From assembly GCA_965235115.1 (NCBI GenBank), contig OZ249445.1, positions 19,096,001-19,160,000 of the forward strand: a stretch of 64,000 nt of DNA, written 5' to 3'. A model generated the notes under the pieces. It saw only the letters and a list, made by a program, of their open reading frames with translations, did no database searches and had not been told where the DNA came from. The position numbers were made by a program, and so were the translations under genes. The stretch comes from Laetmonice hystrix (lineage: Eukaryota). This document shows, in pieces, positions 26,397 to 39,940 of this stretch (position 1 is the stretch's first letter; every line of letters begins with the position of its first letter).

Positions 26397-27850
26397 CGGC
26401 AACGCCTTTCTTCTTTATCTTCTTCTTCCTTTGTACATTTTCAAAATTACTCCTTGCTCTATCTAAACAAGCCATAAACCATATTTTTCCTGATATTTTC
26501 CCCTGCAAGATATCCGTGGATGTCGCTTACAATGAGCTGGATTGGGTGGACGAACGCTAAGGCTACTTTTCCCTTTGTTGTATTGTATCATAAAAGAAAT
26601 AAACTGTCATTTGTGTGTTTGCAGCCTTGGGGATATTGACACTTGGTTTAGTAGTTATAGTGAGCGAGGCAGTGGGTTCAGGCATTGTGCCATGACCAAC
26701 ACTTACTGGCCGACTTCGTTCCACTATAACATCACCTATCAGAGCATGAAGTGTAACATGTAAACCTACCCCATTGTGGCAGTACCTTTAATATCAATTC
26801 CCAACTCTTCCCTTTCAGATTCCTACAGAACCACCTGCGCACAATACGGAATCCATGAACCAACCCAGTAATTGCACTTTCGATTTGTGACCTTGAATAT
26901 GTGATCCGTGATGAGCGGAAGAAAAACTCTGAGAGCTGTTGCAACTTTCCAGCTGGAAATCAGGTAACAATTGCACAGGATACTTTAATATTTAATGAAG
27001 CAATTGCCTGGTCGACAAACGGTTAATGGTCCAGCTACCTCAATCTTCAGGTAACACAATTTCTTTCAAATGGTGTCACTCACCTGGGGGGAGCTTAACT
27101 TTTTTCCATGATCTGGGCCAACTGCACCAATAACTATTAACTATTAGTAGCGTGGTCGAAATCACGGCATGGCCAATTTTGATAAAGAGGTTCACGAGGG
27201 GCTATATCAACTCAATAATGCCCCAGGACATTTATGTGGCAGTACAGAGTGAACAGAGATATTATCAGACTGCTGACAAGTCATGAGGAACAAATGGCCT
27301 CAGTCAGTGATGACGCTGCCTGTAATTCCGCTTGTACGATTGGGAGTTTCCTTCACCACAGTACCATCAAACTGAAAATCTGGCCAGGGTTTCCTACACG
27401 CCCCTTTCTTCTCTTTCCTTCATTAATTTTTTTCTTTGGGGGGGGGGGGGATTCTTCCCCGAATAATCAGTTACCCCCTTCCCCAAAAAGACTTTGCTAA
27501 CTTTATTATTTCATAAAGGCTACCCCTGGGCTCCCCTGCCAAGCCCTTCAACTCAATCCTCCCAGAAACGTACTGGCGGTTCTTGTACCCTGGACACTCC
27601 TGAGTGTTCGTCACTCACCTAGATTTTCACGCAAATGTTCCTTGTCCGCTAACATCCCGACTCTTGCCCCACTTCAAGATATCGAAATCCTAGATCTTTA
27701 CAGCACCTTGCTCACAAATATAGTCCTCAATGTTTGCATACAAGGCAGGGCACCTGTTGGACCATTTCATTCAATGGACCAGGAAGCTCCTCGAAGTACC
27801 CTCAATGAAGTCCCGTCTCGGGGTCTGTGGCTTAGCAAAAGGCCAGTGTT

Positions 27851-28840
27851 TGAAACTCGTCTCCTTGGTGGCAATGTAAGAACCTTGTCTCCTTGGTGGC
27901 AATGTAAGAAACTTGTCTCCTTGGTGGCAATGTAAGAAACTTGTCTCCTTGGTGGCAATGTATGAAACTTGTCTCCTTGGTGGCAATGTATGAAACTCGT
28001 CTCCTTGGTGGCAATGTATGAAACTTGTCTCCTTCGTGACAATGTATGAAACATGTCTCCTTGGTGGCAATGTATGAAACTTGTCTCCTTGGTGGCAATG
28101 TATGAAACTTGTCTCCTTGGTGGCAATGTATGAAACTTGTCTCCTTGGTGGCAATGTATGAAACTTGTCTCCTTGGTGGCAATGTATGAAACTTGTCTCC
28201 TTCGTGACAATGTATGAAACTTGTCTCCTTGGTGGCAATGTATGAAACTTGTCTCCTTGGTGGCAATGTATGAAACTTGTCTCCTTGGTGGCAATGTATG
28301 AAACTTGTCTCCTTGGTGGCAATGTATGAAACTTGTCTCCTTGGTGGAAATGTATGAAACTCGTCTCCTTGGTGGCAATGTATGAAACTTGTCTCCTTGG
28401 TGGCAATGTATGAAACTTGTCTCCTTGGTGACAATGTAAGAAACTTGTCTCCTTGGTGGCAATGTATGAAACTTGTCTCCTTGGTCGCAATGTATGAAAC
28501 TTGTCTCCTTGGTGACAATGTATGAAACTTGTCTCCTTGGTGGCAATGTATGAAACTCGTCTCCTTGGTGACAATGTATGAAACTCGTCCCCTTGGTCGC
28601 AATGTATAAAACTTGTCTCCTTGGTGACAATGTATGAAACTTGTCTCCTTGGTCGCAATGTATGAAACTTGTCTCCTTGGTGGCAATGTATGAAACTTGT
28701 CTCCTTGGTGGCAATGTATGAAACTTGTCTCCTTGGTCGCAATGTATGAAACTTGTCTCCTTCGTGACAATGTATGAAACTTGTCTCCTTGGTGGCAATG
28801 TATGAAACTTGTCTCCTTGGTGGCAATGTATGAAACTTGT
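27851..28840. repeat. 28-bp minisatellite, about 35 copies
   Basis: Unit AATGTATGAAACTTGTCTCCTTGGTGGC with variants (CGTGAC, GGTCGC, TAAG). It explains the three overlapping minus-strand ORFs. Confidence 0.97.
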
Positions 28841-29963
28841 CGAGGAGACGACATGGCGAATTTGTCAACCGTTATCATATCACCATTGATCATTTAAAAA
28901 ACCTTACGTCAGCAGCAATCTCTGTGGAGTTCATCTTCACCTGAAATCTATTTACTCAAGTAACACACCCACTGCCCGATAATAACAGATCAGATCTGAC
29001 CAATTATCTTTCAAATTTCATTTCTGAGACTCTTCTACACATGTCACATCGTTTAAATGCTGCAAAGTAGGGACGATTCATGACGACATGCCATGGTATT
29101 TTGCAAATCAACATCATTGAAATTGTTACTTTGTTACATTCATTTAAACATCCTTCAATCAATAACGCACACGTCTTCCCAATCACAATCTGCAAGCCTA
29201 AAAAGTTCTAACTTGTATTAAATGAACAAAAGAAACTCTATGAATGAACAGATTTTAAACATAAAACTTTGCGAAGAAAAACTTGGCTCCAACCGAGAGC
29301 AACCTTAGGTGAACCCAATTGACATTCCAGACCATCTTGGTCACGTAGCCCAGTGGAGAAAACCTTTGCACCTTAATAAGACGCTGTCACAATAACAAAC
29401 TATGCTACTCTGTACAAACTTCGGATGATCTGTCTCAGACAATTATCACCTTGTACCCACTTCTCTCTAACTAAAACTCCTTACTGTAACCCCTACACTC
29501 GACACCCTCACAACTAGGGTTATTATAATTTGGGAAACCAAGAGGTACAAAAGTTTCCATGCCGGAGCTCTAGGGCCACAGTTGATGCCTATAGAATGGC
29601 ACTGCCACTTATCTTAACCACTTCCGACCTCAGGGGGGCTATCCCCCATGGTAATATTCGCCCCAGAAGAACACGCACAAAAACACACAAAAACTGGGGG
29701 TGGGTGTTTAGGTTAGATTTCTGGAGAGGTCTGGGAGCCGTCAGGAGACATTAGGAAAAGTTTTGGTCCTAGGAACATATAGTGATAGATTTAAATCCTT
29801 ATCGCCAAATTTCGTGTAGAAATTGCCAAGCCGAGGGGATCTACCCCCTAGCGACACCAGCCTAAACTAACACGTGAAATCAGGCAATGTCGTTTGGTCC
29901 AATCCTCTCAATGCTAGTCAGGAGAGGAACACGTCACGAAAGATTCTAATCAAGGGGTCTCAC

Positions 29964-30029
29964 CTTCAGAGAAGTTGAACTGCTGGCTCATTCCGTTACT
30001 GTCTTCACAGGAGGACACCGAGTAAGTAC
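29964..30029 (-). CDS. Candidate symmetric (phase 1-1) 66-bp exon
   Basis: Acceptor GGGTTTCAG/G, donor AAG/GTGAG. Reads (G)TYSVSSCEDSNGMSQQFNFSE(G). Confidence 0.35.
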
Positions 30030-33000
30030 CTGAAACCCAGAGAATGACAGTTATTAGATGACTCACTCATACACACACACACACCGACACTCACACTAAC
30101 TATACACCGGCGCTCACTCTGTAACTGGACATGGCATAACAAAGAAAGCACCAAATTAGAGAATGCGAGAACGAAAAGTTCTGAATGTAACTAGAGCAAA
30201 ACGAAACAGGACAAGAATTGTGTAATTCTCTGTCATTATAAATGTCTCCCAAAAAAGCCTGTAAAAACCGCTTCCAACAGGAAGGTAGAAAAATTTAATT
30301 AAAAAAAGAAAGCCGGAAGAAAAAACAGATAAAATGAAATTGAGTGTAAATTGTTCCGTGCCGTGGCTCCACAATTGTCCCTAAAAGTAATTCATATCCT
30401 GTTCATTAATGGTCACGCGGTCCTACCCAGTGTAATGAGGGCTACGACCACTGATTACAGTCCTCAGTATTTGCTGCAGGGTCTCAGCCTGATAGATTGT
30501 ACTGCACTGGTCTGACATCTGATAATAGCAAAGCACGATTTTACGGTACAATTTAAAGGCCGACAAATCCCTCTGCTCCTTCTTCCACAGGCAGATTTGG
30601 TGAACAGGAAACATCAGTCACAGATTCTGTAACAAATATTTATCTACTAGATGGTGGTGTTCGTGAATGGAGGGATTGGGAAGGGTGGTGGTGGGGGTGG
30701 GGGGTGGGGGGTAGGACCAACCAATACGGAGCTAAATCAATGATCAATAATGTTAGGTACGCATTCTCTGTCATAATTTTTTTTCCATTATGTTAATCGT
30801 ATACTTTACCACTAAAAATGAGAGGCATAACTGGTGAATTTGATCGATATGCCAAACCAACGTAAACCGGAATCCTGATAGATAGTACCGAGTATGATCA
30901 ATTTACAACATGACACAATAAAGGGAACAGAAATCTTGGACAGAATTCTGAATCCATCAAGTCCAGATCTGTCAAATATAATCTAAAGACTACTGTCCTG
31001 ATTCGAATCACGTTGTTTTTAAACTTACATGTATTTGCAATCTGGAAAGCTAATGTAGGGAGTTAAGACAGATGTTTATGACGAACATTGCAATGTGTAC
31101 CAAATGTTTTCAGATGTAAACGTCAGTGTGTTTCAATCTTTGTAATGACTGACAACAGAATCGGTGGGATCGACGCAGCAGAAATATTATAAAACTACGC
31201 ATTGTACAGGTCTCAGCAAACAACATTTTCTTCTATTATGTCAATGTTGTGATGGGGAAACCACAAGATCTTGATCCTCCTTCTCTATAATCTAAGTAAG
31301 CCTTTCCATTCAGACTGCCCACAATAGAAACGCATCAAAGGATGAAATAGATTGAAACCAAACCACCTGGCTCACCAGAATATATAATACAGTTAGAGCA
31401 CATCAATAACTCATCCTCTTCAGGTATTACTAATATTGCTGGCCCGTACTGGCGGCCCTGGCAGTGAGCCATGAATCCTGCAGCCTTCAATGTTATCTGG
31501 TGAACACATCTGGTAAACCGGTACGATCATAAACCGTTCCGACACCAGATGTCAGCTTCTCTATCTTGGTTCAACATAACTTGGTTCTCAGTATCTACCC
31601 AACCCGATTTAATTTCTCCCATCTACACATTTTCATGACTCGTTTTCTTCAGTTGCAATGGATTCCCCTGCGTCTCTCCCTATCAAACTGTTTCGTAAAT
31701 TTTCTATTGTTAAAAAAAAGGAAAGAAGCAGGGGAATGCCGCATATATCTACATGTATTTGTATTTTTCTTTCATGGTCCATCTGGGGCGAGCTTACCAC
31801 ATCAGATGGAGTGATGACTCAGCAGTATCCTCTTTCCAATTTTTACCCCGCTTGCTGAATGCCAAAGGAGGCGGGCTCAAGTTGCATCGCTCCATGCGGC
31901 GAGGAGGAACATGTTATAGGAGAATCGTTTAGCATGCATGCATGTGTGTCTCCAAAACCTTGCCAGCCAGCACTTGAATGCAGGGCTTCCCCGAGGGAGG
32001 GGTTATGTGAGGGGACCGGTTCAGGATGAATCATGCAGCCTCCCAACTTCTCGGTGTTTGTCTTCGCCTCTGCCCTCATGTCTGCCATGCATTCAGGAGG
32101 GAAATCTCATCTTCCACTCGTTATGCAGCAGAGCTGTTGCCATGCTTTGTGCACGGACTCTGCCAAGTCAGGCTCGACGTTTTGTATGTATCTGTATAAG
32201 GGGGTTTATTTTGTCTAAGTGCTTCATGGTAATTTAAAACGTGTAGTTTGATTCTATTCGGCTCGGCGGCAGTGGTTAATAACCTTAAATAACACTGCTT
32301 GAATACTGTGGCATCGGAGGCAGCAATACAGTCCCTCATAATATATCGAATGTCATGCAGAATTCAATAAAACTACATGCACAGATGGCAGGTTTCACGG
32401 CACAATTCCCAATGGTTTATAGACGTTAGGTCTGCGCACGTACAGTACGAGTCTCTACGGGCAAGTTACTGACGTCCGCTGGCGTCACCAACATAAGACG
32501 CTAACATTAGTTCAATTGACGCTCTACTCAACTACAGCAGATACTTAGAGGCGTCAGCTGAGTTCACGATCTGCTGGCAACAGACAAAGATTTGGCAGAA
32601 AGTCGGCGTCTGGTGTTTTAATGTTTGTAGACTGACTTTGAAAATTACAAAATGATTTAATGCACGTCTGCATTCGTCTTTCTATGAGACAGAGAATGGA
32701 CGAAGGTTCTTCATGTTCACCCCCTTGGAAACACTTCCTTGATTTATTCTTGGTCTCCGACAGATTTACCTTCCTACCTCCACCTTTTTTATACGCCGGA
32801 GAAGTTTTACCGAAACAACCGCCACTCCTCTTCCCCAGTGACAGACTTCACCCCTAACCTCATCATGCCTAAAGGTTCTGTCACCAATTCCTCCCCCCCT
32901 AGTCACAAACTCTTCCCCTTGCCATAAAGAAAATCAGGCTGACAAAAATCTCCTGCTGGCAGCATAATTATGTTTTCTATGAAGCGACGACATGCAGGTG

Positions 33001-36000
33001 GCACCACGTGCACAGGCCAATTCATATAATTTGACAGGCGGTTTACCTCCATTCATCTGTACTGTTTCATCCACAAGTACGGGTGTCTATCTATCCACTC
33101 TGTGTACTGACTAAATTCTGTTGTCAAATACCAGCTCATGTTAAACCAACAGAATGTAACTATAGGTAACACAACCAAATATTGCATGATACCCAACAAA
33201 ATTGAGACAATTTCATTATAGGTACCTGCTACTCATCAATTTCCGCACACAACTTACAAACATCGACGAAGATTTATTGGAAAGATTTTATTGCCAGCGG
33301 CATATAATAACTAGTTGGACCATAAAAATGTTCCAAATATTATCCCTAAAATCTGAAAGCACTACTCCTATGACCCCCCCCCCCCCCCTTACAGGGCACT
33401 CTTGCTAACACTGACACTATCCGTATTCAGATGCGAATGCCATCCAAAACAAGCAAAATACTTCCCTCTGTGCCAAAATCTGCATCAATGAACGCCCAGC
33501 TGGTAATATCCCTATTCTGACTATTAATGGCTATCGATTCCTGTTACAGTATATACTGCCAGAGATAACATTTCCTCTTTCATTGTTGTTTTTCTTTTGT
33601 TGTCGTTATTGGTGGCAACCAGTTCCTGGTCCCCTCTTCCTCTGGTGTCACGGCCCGCCGTTGTTTGGTGGAACCGTAAATGGCACGCTCACTACAACTC
33701 CGTAGTATGACCTCTTGATCCGTGTCCTGGATGGCAGCCAAGCAACACACTCTCTCACCCACCAGTCAGCTGACAAAAACTCACCGCCGCCTACTCCAGA
33801 CATACCGACCACATTCACACTCCACCAAACCTCGCTAATCAACCTCACCTGACAATACATACACAGCCTCTGGAAATCTCTTTTTCACTATTTCTAATTT
33901 AAATGGCCATATGAGCCGTTTCCTTTCTCTTCTTCCTAATGCGACCAAACTTGCGTTTCTAATTCGGAATGTGGCATCGTAAATTATGGGAGTACAATTC
34001 ACAAAGTACAGACGAACCTGCGCCAAGAAAAGAGAAAGAGATTTGTGGGTGTTTAGTGTGCCTCTCCCCCTTTGACTGCTAACCGCAAGTCCTGACAGCT
34101 ACAACCCAGCTGTCCATGACATGTTCTTTCCCCGTGAGTAAGCGTGGCTCCATCAGCCACAAAACCACACACGTGGCTAAACTTGGCGGAGCGCACCCAA
34201 CCCTACCTCACCCCCCCCCCCCCCCATCACAACCCCACCCCACAACTTTCACTCATCATAGTACACAGAACCTGCAACCAACCAACCCACTTTACGAAAT
34301 AGGAGTAATTAATGTAATCAACCAAATGAAAGAAACTGCTCTGCAGACTTGTGCAGGTTTTCAGGCTCACAGGGTTCGACACTATCTCCCAAGCAGCGCC
34401 TCTTTCAAAGAATCTGTTCAAGGATCTAAAAGCACTAAAAGCCTTAGAGCAATTTGCCATTGACAGCAATACGGGCCCGCTGTGTGCCCAGCCAAGACTG
34501 ACGCGGCTACCAACAAACCCCCTTCACCAACGATGTGGGGTGCAAGTCAATCAAGTCCCTCAGTAATTTCAATTTTTGTAACTCCCGATGAGTTTGCACA
34601 TCCTTCAAGCTTTCTCAAACGTAAATGAAACGGTTTTTGCTTGCAATATTCACTGCCTGGTTGTAACGTTTTATCGTCATTGCCATTTTGTACAGAACAT
34701 TTATCAATCTGTCAACTTGCAATGAATAAAAAAAAAGGCTTTATCGATAAGTTCTGCTACTTGGTCGTCGGTAATTCTAAACACATAACTACTTTCACTA
34801 AAACAGTATACCAATTGTTGTCCTTCTTCAATCGTTTCACTGTTAAATCAATGCATAAATTTTGTGCGATTTAAAAAAAATCAATATTTTGCATTGCAGG
34901 CAAGGCGAACGAAGACTTTGGTCACTTGCCAAAGTAAACGCGCAAAGACCAAAGCCAACCCCGTATAAACTGACAATATGTACTCCTTTTAGATGACTAT
35001 GATATGCTAAATTCGCGTGAAGTGACCGTTTATTTTGTGACTCGTTGCAAACAGAAAGCAGCAGGAAGGAGGCCATGTCTTGGCAGGAAGACACTGACTG
35101 ATATTCTCATGTATTCGGGTCAGTCAATACCCGTTACGTCTCCCATTCACAGCGATATCAATCCATCAGGCTATGTTCCTTTAGGTCACACTCTCAATCT
35201 CCACTAAAACGTTATGCTCCTTTACGTCACACTGTCGCCACTAAAACACATCTTTTGGAGGAAAAACACGGCTACATCATTCGGCCGCTCAAGCCGATCA
35301 GTTCATCCTATTCATGATCATCCCGTACTGAAGCCTTGAATACCTTCTTGTCTGCTGCTTTGTAAGTTTCCTATCGCCTTTTTATCAGCCACGGCATCAG
35401 GGCGGAGAATCTCGAAGCGAGCCCACATTTTCTTTCAAATCTATGGCCCTTCTTGTCTCCAAGTTTAAAAGTTGAAATTTGCACCCTCTCTCGGTGTCCT
35501 CTGTTCCTTCCTATGAAATATCTTTGTTCAATTGCATATCTTTGTTCAATTGCCATTTGTATTTCTTCAGTTTTATGAATAAGACATACGGTATTTCATT
35601 TGAAGTCGAGAACTAAACTTTGTAAAGAAAAAGTATATTCTTGACATGTACATTGTATGGCTGTACTTGCTGTGGAGAGATGTGAAGATCTTTATTTTAT
35701 GATGTCAACTCAGCAAGGGCGTTTCTATCTCAGCTCCTATACCTTCTAGCTCTGCGACATTGTGTCACACGTCACTAATAACAGATCATAACATTTGCCC
35801 CTCAATCTGCCGTTTGTTACCGTCACTTCGTACCAGTCCTGCACTTTTGTCTTAACAAAACTATAAAAATAATCTACTCTTGCTAGATGCTGCACAACCA
35901 TGCCAAAATACAAACCTGTCAAAAACAAATTTTACGTTACCGGGATCTGGGTAAAAACAATAAATCATGCGTTTCAGAAAAATTAATTTCTGATTCCCAC

Positions 36001-37805
36001 AAAAATGATTTACCATTGAGTTTCCGTCGTTTCCTTGGTAACAAATCTTACAGATGGCTCGGCACTTACGACACGCTCGCTTAACTTTGGAAATAACTGA
36101 AAAGACCGAACCCTCATCATGGCTGATTTGCTGGATACGGGGCAACATTCATGAAATACCCACACACGCCTACATCTGAATGGCACACATTTATTATCAG
36201 GCCTATACAAGGGACATCGTGAAGGACATCCAGGTTTAACCTTCCGTCACATTCCTTCAAATGATAAATATTTCCGCGATGCTTCGGCTACTTTCAATAA
36301 ATTTTATAACGTCGACTAGATCTGCACCAGTGATCTTATACCAAATCATGCTTCTAATATCATTTATATCAAGGTTCGTCTTGATCATATGTCTCTCCCA
36401 CTTCTAACATTCCTCAGTCGAATGTTCCCCGGGCCTGCATTTGTTCAGTCAGATATACACAGTGCATTGGGATCACATATGATCATGTGTTATATGATTT
36501 ACTAAAACCCTCCACAAGTCAATGCTCTTCTTATCTCTGATGTGATTAGGTAATCGTGTCAAGGTCTCAACACATATTTTATAAGTCGGAAGATATAACA
36601 AGGCGCAAATTAAAACCAAGATTCATAACGTATGAAAAAAGTTTCCTAAAAATGGTGTCTGGGTTTGAAGTAGATATGCTGATGGTGATCTAATGACAGT
36701 GAACCTCGTAAAGAAAAACAACGCCTAAGGTCTGGCCAGATTATCTTTCAGTGAGTGAGGTCGGACAACCTGTGCGGATACGGCCCCTCCCCACCCCCTG
36801 TCTCAGACAGCAGGCATATATCACAAGTAGTAAATCTGGGTTACTGGCACACCTACCTATGTGTGGCGCTGATATAAATCAGCTGTTCCAGCCTTTGACA
36901 TGGTATGAAGTAACACCCATAACTAGGCATAAGTCACGTTGCTGGCTCAGTGAAAGTCCCACACAGCTCACATTTACACTTACACAAGGGTTACATTAAA
37001 TTACATGTAGGAAGTAACAACAGTTTCCAGTTGTAATTACCGTTGTTTATATGGCATTCAACATCTTTTGAGGAGGCATGGCTTGAAAATTTTGCGAAAA
37101 TATTGAAACAATTAATGTTCAATAAGAAATCTGATACTTTGTCCTCATAACTGTGCCAGACCTGTTCTAACTTAACTCCTTCATCCTCACTAACACGGTT
37201 ACACCTCATTTTTCCTCAAGCCATAACAATTTATGTCTGGTTTTCCGGAAAAATATATTTAAAACTAACGGAAAACGAAGTTAAATATATGTTTTAAAAA
37301 AGTACAGCATTCCATCTGGATGGAGGGAGGAGGGTTATTACTATCAGTGTTTAGGGTACAATATACCATCCTGAGTGACGGTACCACCCTCTCATCCTGT
37401 CTCTCATCGTGCTATCTGACACTAACGGCGTCCCCATCAATTTTAATGGCCCCACCATCTATCATTCTTAACGGTAGTGTTCGTGCTGGGTTAGAAAGAT
37501 TTTAACGACCCACCCATGCAAGCCCTTCATGTAAATCTGAAATATCAAATGCTTATGGATCCAGCCTACCCAGACAGAAAATTTACTGCGGGAAGATATC
37601 TTCACTTACCAAGAGAAATTCAGCCCCTGCATCTGGCTCTCGCAAAGAAGACATAGTTTTATCTATGAACTCGTAGCCACTCCCTGTGCTACTTCAAATA
37701 AATGGAAGGCCTGGATAAAATTACCGTATTTAGTTTTCTGAAAAGAAATGCATCCATATCCCCCAATCCGTTTTATAATTACGTGTTCACCAACGAATAT
37801 ACTCG

Positions 37806-37990
37806 GTGAGTCAGAGTGAGTGGTTAGCTGGTGTCTGCGCCCAGTCAGCAGTATTTCGGCTATATCAGGGCAAGAACAAGATAACTAACTCTGTCGGTGA
37901 AATCCATGTGATAATGATGATATGATTGGAAGAAACCCGTGCACCGGGGCGAACCGATGCAGGAAAGTCCGACAAGGCCGCGGCTCGTAC
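37806..37990 (-). mobile_element. SINE family B copy (3' part)
   Basis: 37815-37955 aligns with 58009-58152 (CGCCCAGTCAGCAGTATTTC(A/G)GCTATATC, GTCGGTGAAATCCAT, GTGCACCGGGGCGAACC). It has a (GTGA)-like tail on the plus strand. Confidence 0.75.
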
Positions 37991-38768
37991 CCAGGAATAT
38001 CGGAGGGTGAACATTATCTGACATTCGTCACCATTTGGGCATCACGAAAAAAATCCCCTCAACTTCAGAATGTTCCATATTAAGAAAAAACCTCAACAAA
38101 AAAACAAGTAGGGACCGTGTTGTATCCTACTAGTGACCGTATCTGGCTGACGTTACGTCTCCCCAGTAGGGGCTGTCTGTCCCTAGAGACTGTGGCTGGT
38201 ACTGAGAGGTACCAGGGCCATAAAGGTAACCCATGCTGTCCGGGTATCACTGCCCCCCACCCTCCTCAGACAGCCTGGGTCCAAGTCTGATGTCCGTGCC
38301 CGGAGGTCGTCATCAATTCACCATTCTCTCATTCCGCCACGACCACCGCACAAAACCACTATCAAAGATATACATTATACCATTATACCATTTTCTTCAA
38401 CGTAAGCATCTCATCGTTTAGGTTCCACTCAAATATCCCAGACAGAATATCTGCCTGACAGGGCGGGGGATAGGTGGTGTTTTAATGTGACTCACGCTGA
38501 AGTCGATCGCACCAGGTGCACTCTCTCCCGTTACAATCTATCCCCAGAGTATGTCTGGGTCGTAGCAATGGTTGTTTGATAGTTGTAAAGATACCGATAG
38601 AAATGTCAAGATATAGAAGTGAAGGCACAGAACACAGGGGATGGAAGCAAAAAGTGGCTCTCAAACGTCTCATCTTACATCTATCTTCACCTGCTTTTTT
38701 TTAAACGCGTGTTCCTTAAAGAAAAAAGAAAAGAAAATGGTCCAGAAACTAATTTTGACCAGTCTTAA

Positions 38769-39108
38769 AGGTGCTATTCGTCTCGCACAGAATGGCATTT
38801 CTCCTATCATACATTGTGCACATAGTACTAGAAAAAATTCCTACCGATACCATTGGCCTGATAAACCTTCTATTAGTTTGTGTGCAGCATTTGAAACCTA
38901 TCTCGGTGCGCACCGAGATAGAGCCATTTCCTATGGTGGGGCGTGTCAGGGTCTCCACAGGCCTTCTGAGAGAGCCCCATTTGTGCCGTTATCCATGAAA
39001 AATTTTGATTTCCTTTGTTGTGAATCTATTTCCATTATAGGTGGGATCACATAAACGTCAACAAAATTAAAAATAAAAAAATTGAATTTTTGTTCACGAA
39101 TAGCACCT
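38769..39108. mobile_element. 340-bp non-autonomous DNA transposon (MITE), Kolobok-like
   Basis: Perfect 13-bp TIRs AGGTGCTATTCGT (38769-38781) and ACGAATAGCACCT (39096-39108), flanked by TTAA at 38765-38768 and 39109-39112. TTAA TSD with purine (AG) termini fits Kolobok; piggyBac begins CCC/YY. Confidence 0.85.
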
Positions 39109-39926
39109 TTAAATTATGTTGCTCCTCTCGCTTACTACGCACAGACCACAAGGACCACATACATACTTTCACACTGTTTTTTTTTTTGGTTGACTTTTTT
39201 TTACGTGCTGTTGTCCGGGTTTTGTTTCGGTTGGCGAATACTTGGCTGTAATTGGGGCCTCGTCTCGACCGCCACCGGAGTGGGCCCACCACCCGCTGAT
39301 TGCAGGAGAGGACACCTCACACCTGGGGGACGGAGGACACTGCCGCTTTTTGTCAGTCTCACCTTTAATGGGTTCCCTAATTACAGGTGTGCTTTATTGC
39401 GGCTAGCAGCACCTGCACGGCGGGGTGGCTGGTTTGTTGTATGTGTCGTCATTAGATACGCGCGTTACGTCACGTCTGTCTGGCTGTTACGTCACACTTG
39501 CCAACTATTATTGGATCTACGGCACGTCGCCTCAACAGGACATCGGCGGCCGCCCACTCACTGAGCGACAACTTGGTGCCCATTGACAGACCGACAGACA
39601 TCCTTCCAAGTTGGCTGTACCTCCTTGCGTGCTTATCTATGTAGCAGTGACCAGCTTAAGCCTTCCGACGTCAGACAATGTTGGCTGAACAAACCTAGCC
39701 ATTAGCACATTAGCAGCTATTGTGTTGCAACCGGTTACAATGTTAAACCGTGTATTCAGACTGACGAGGCCAAGCTGAGCAAATAAGGCCCATCCATTCA
39801 GTCTTTTCAACGTGAATAAAGTAACTCAGTTTGAGAGAAGGTGCAGTAAGGTTAGGAAAGATTTACTCAGTGTCAGACAGTGATTCAAACACATTCTGCA
39901 TCCTGATCAGGCTCCAATTCGGTTCC

Positions 39927-39940
39927 ATTGCCATGGCAAC
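39927..39940. promoter_or_regulatory. RFX X-box-like motif
   Basis: ATTGCCATGGCAAC, one mismatch, containing the palindrome TTGCCATGGCAA. Confidence 0.5.

Noticed and set aside
27767-28893. Three 343-365 aa ORFs, the longest in the track
   Set aside because: All three phases of a 28-bp repeat are open; this is a repeat artefact.
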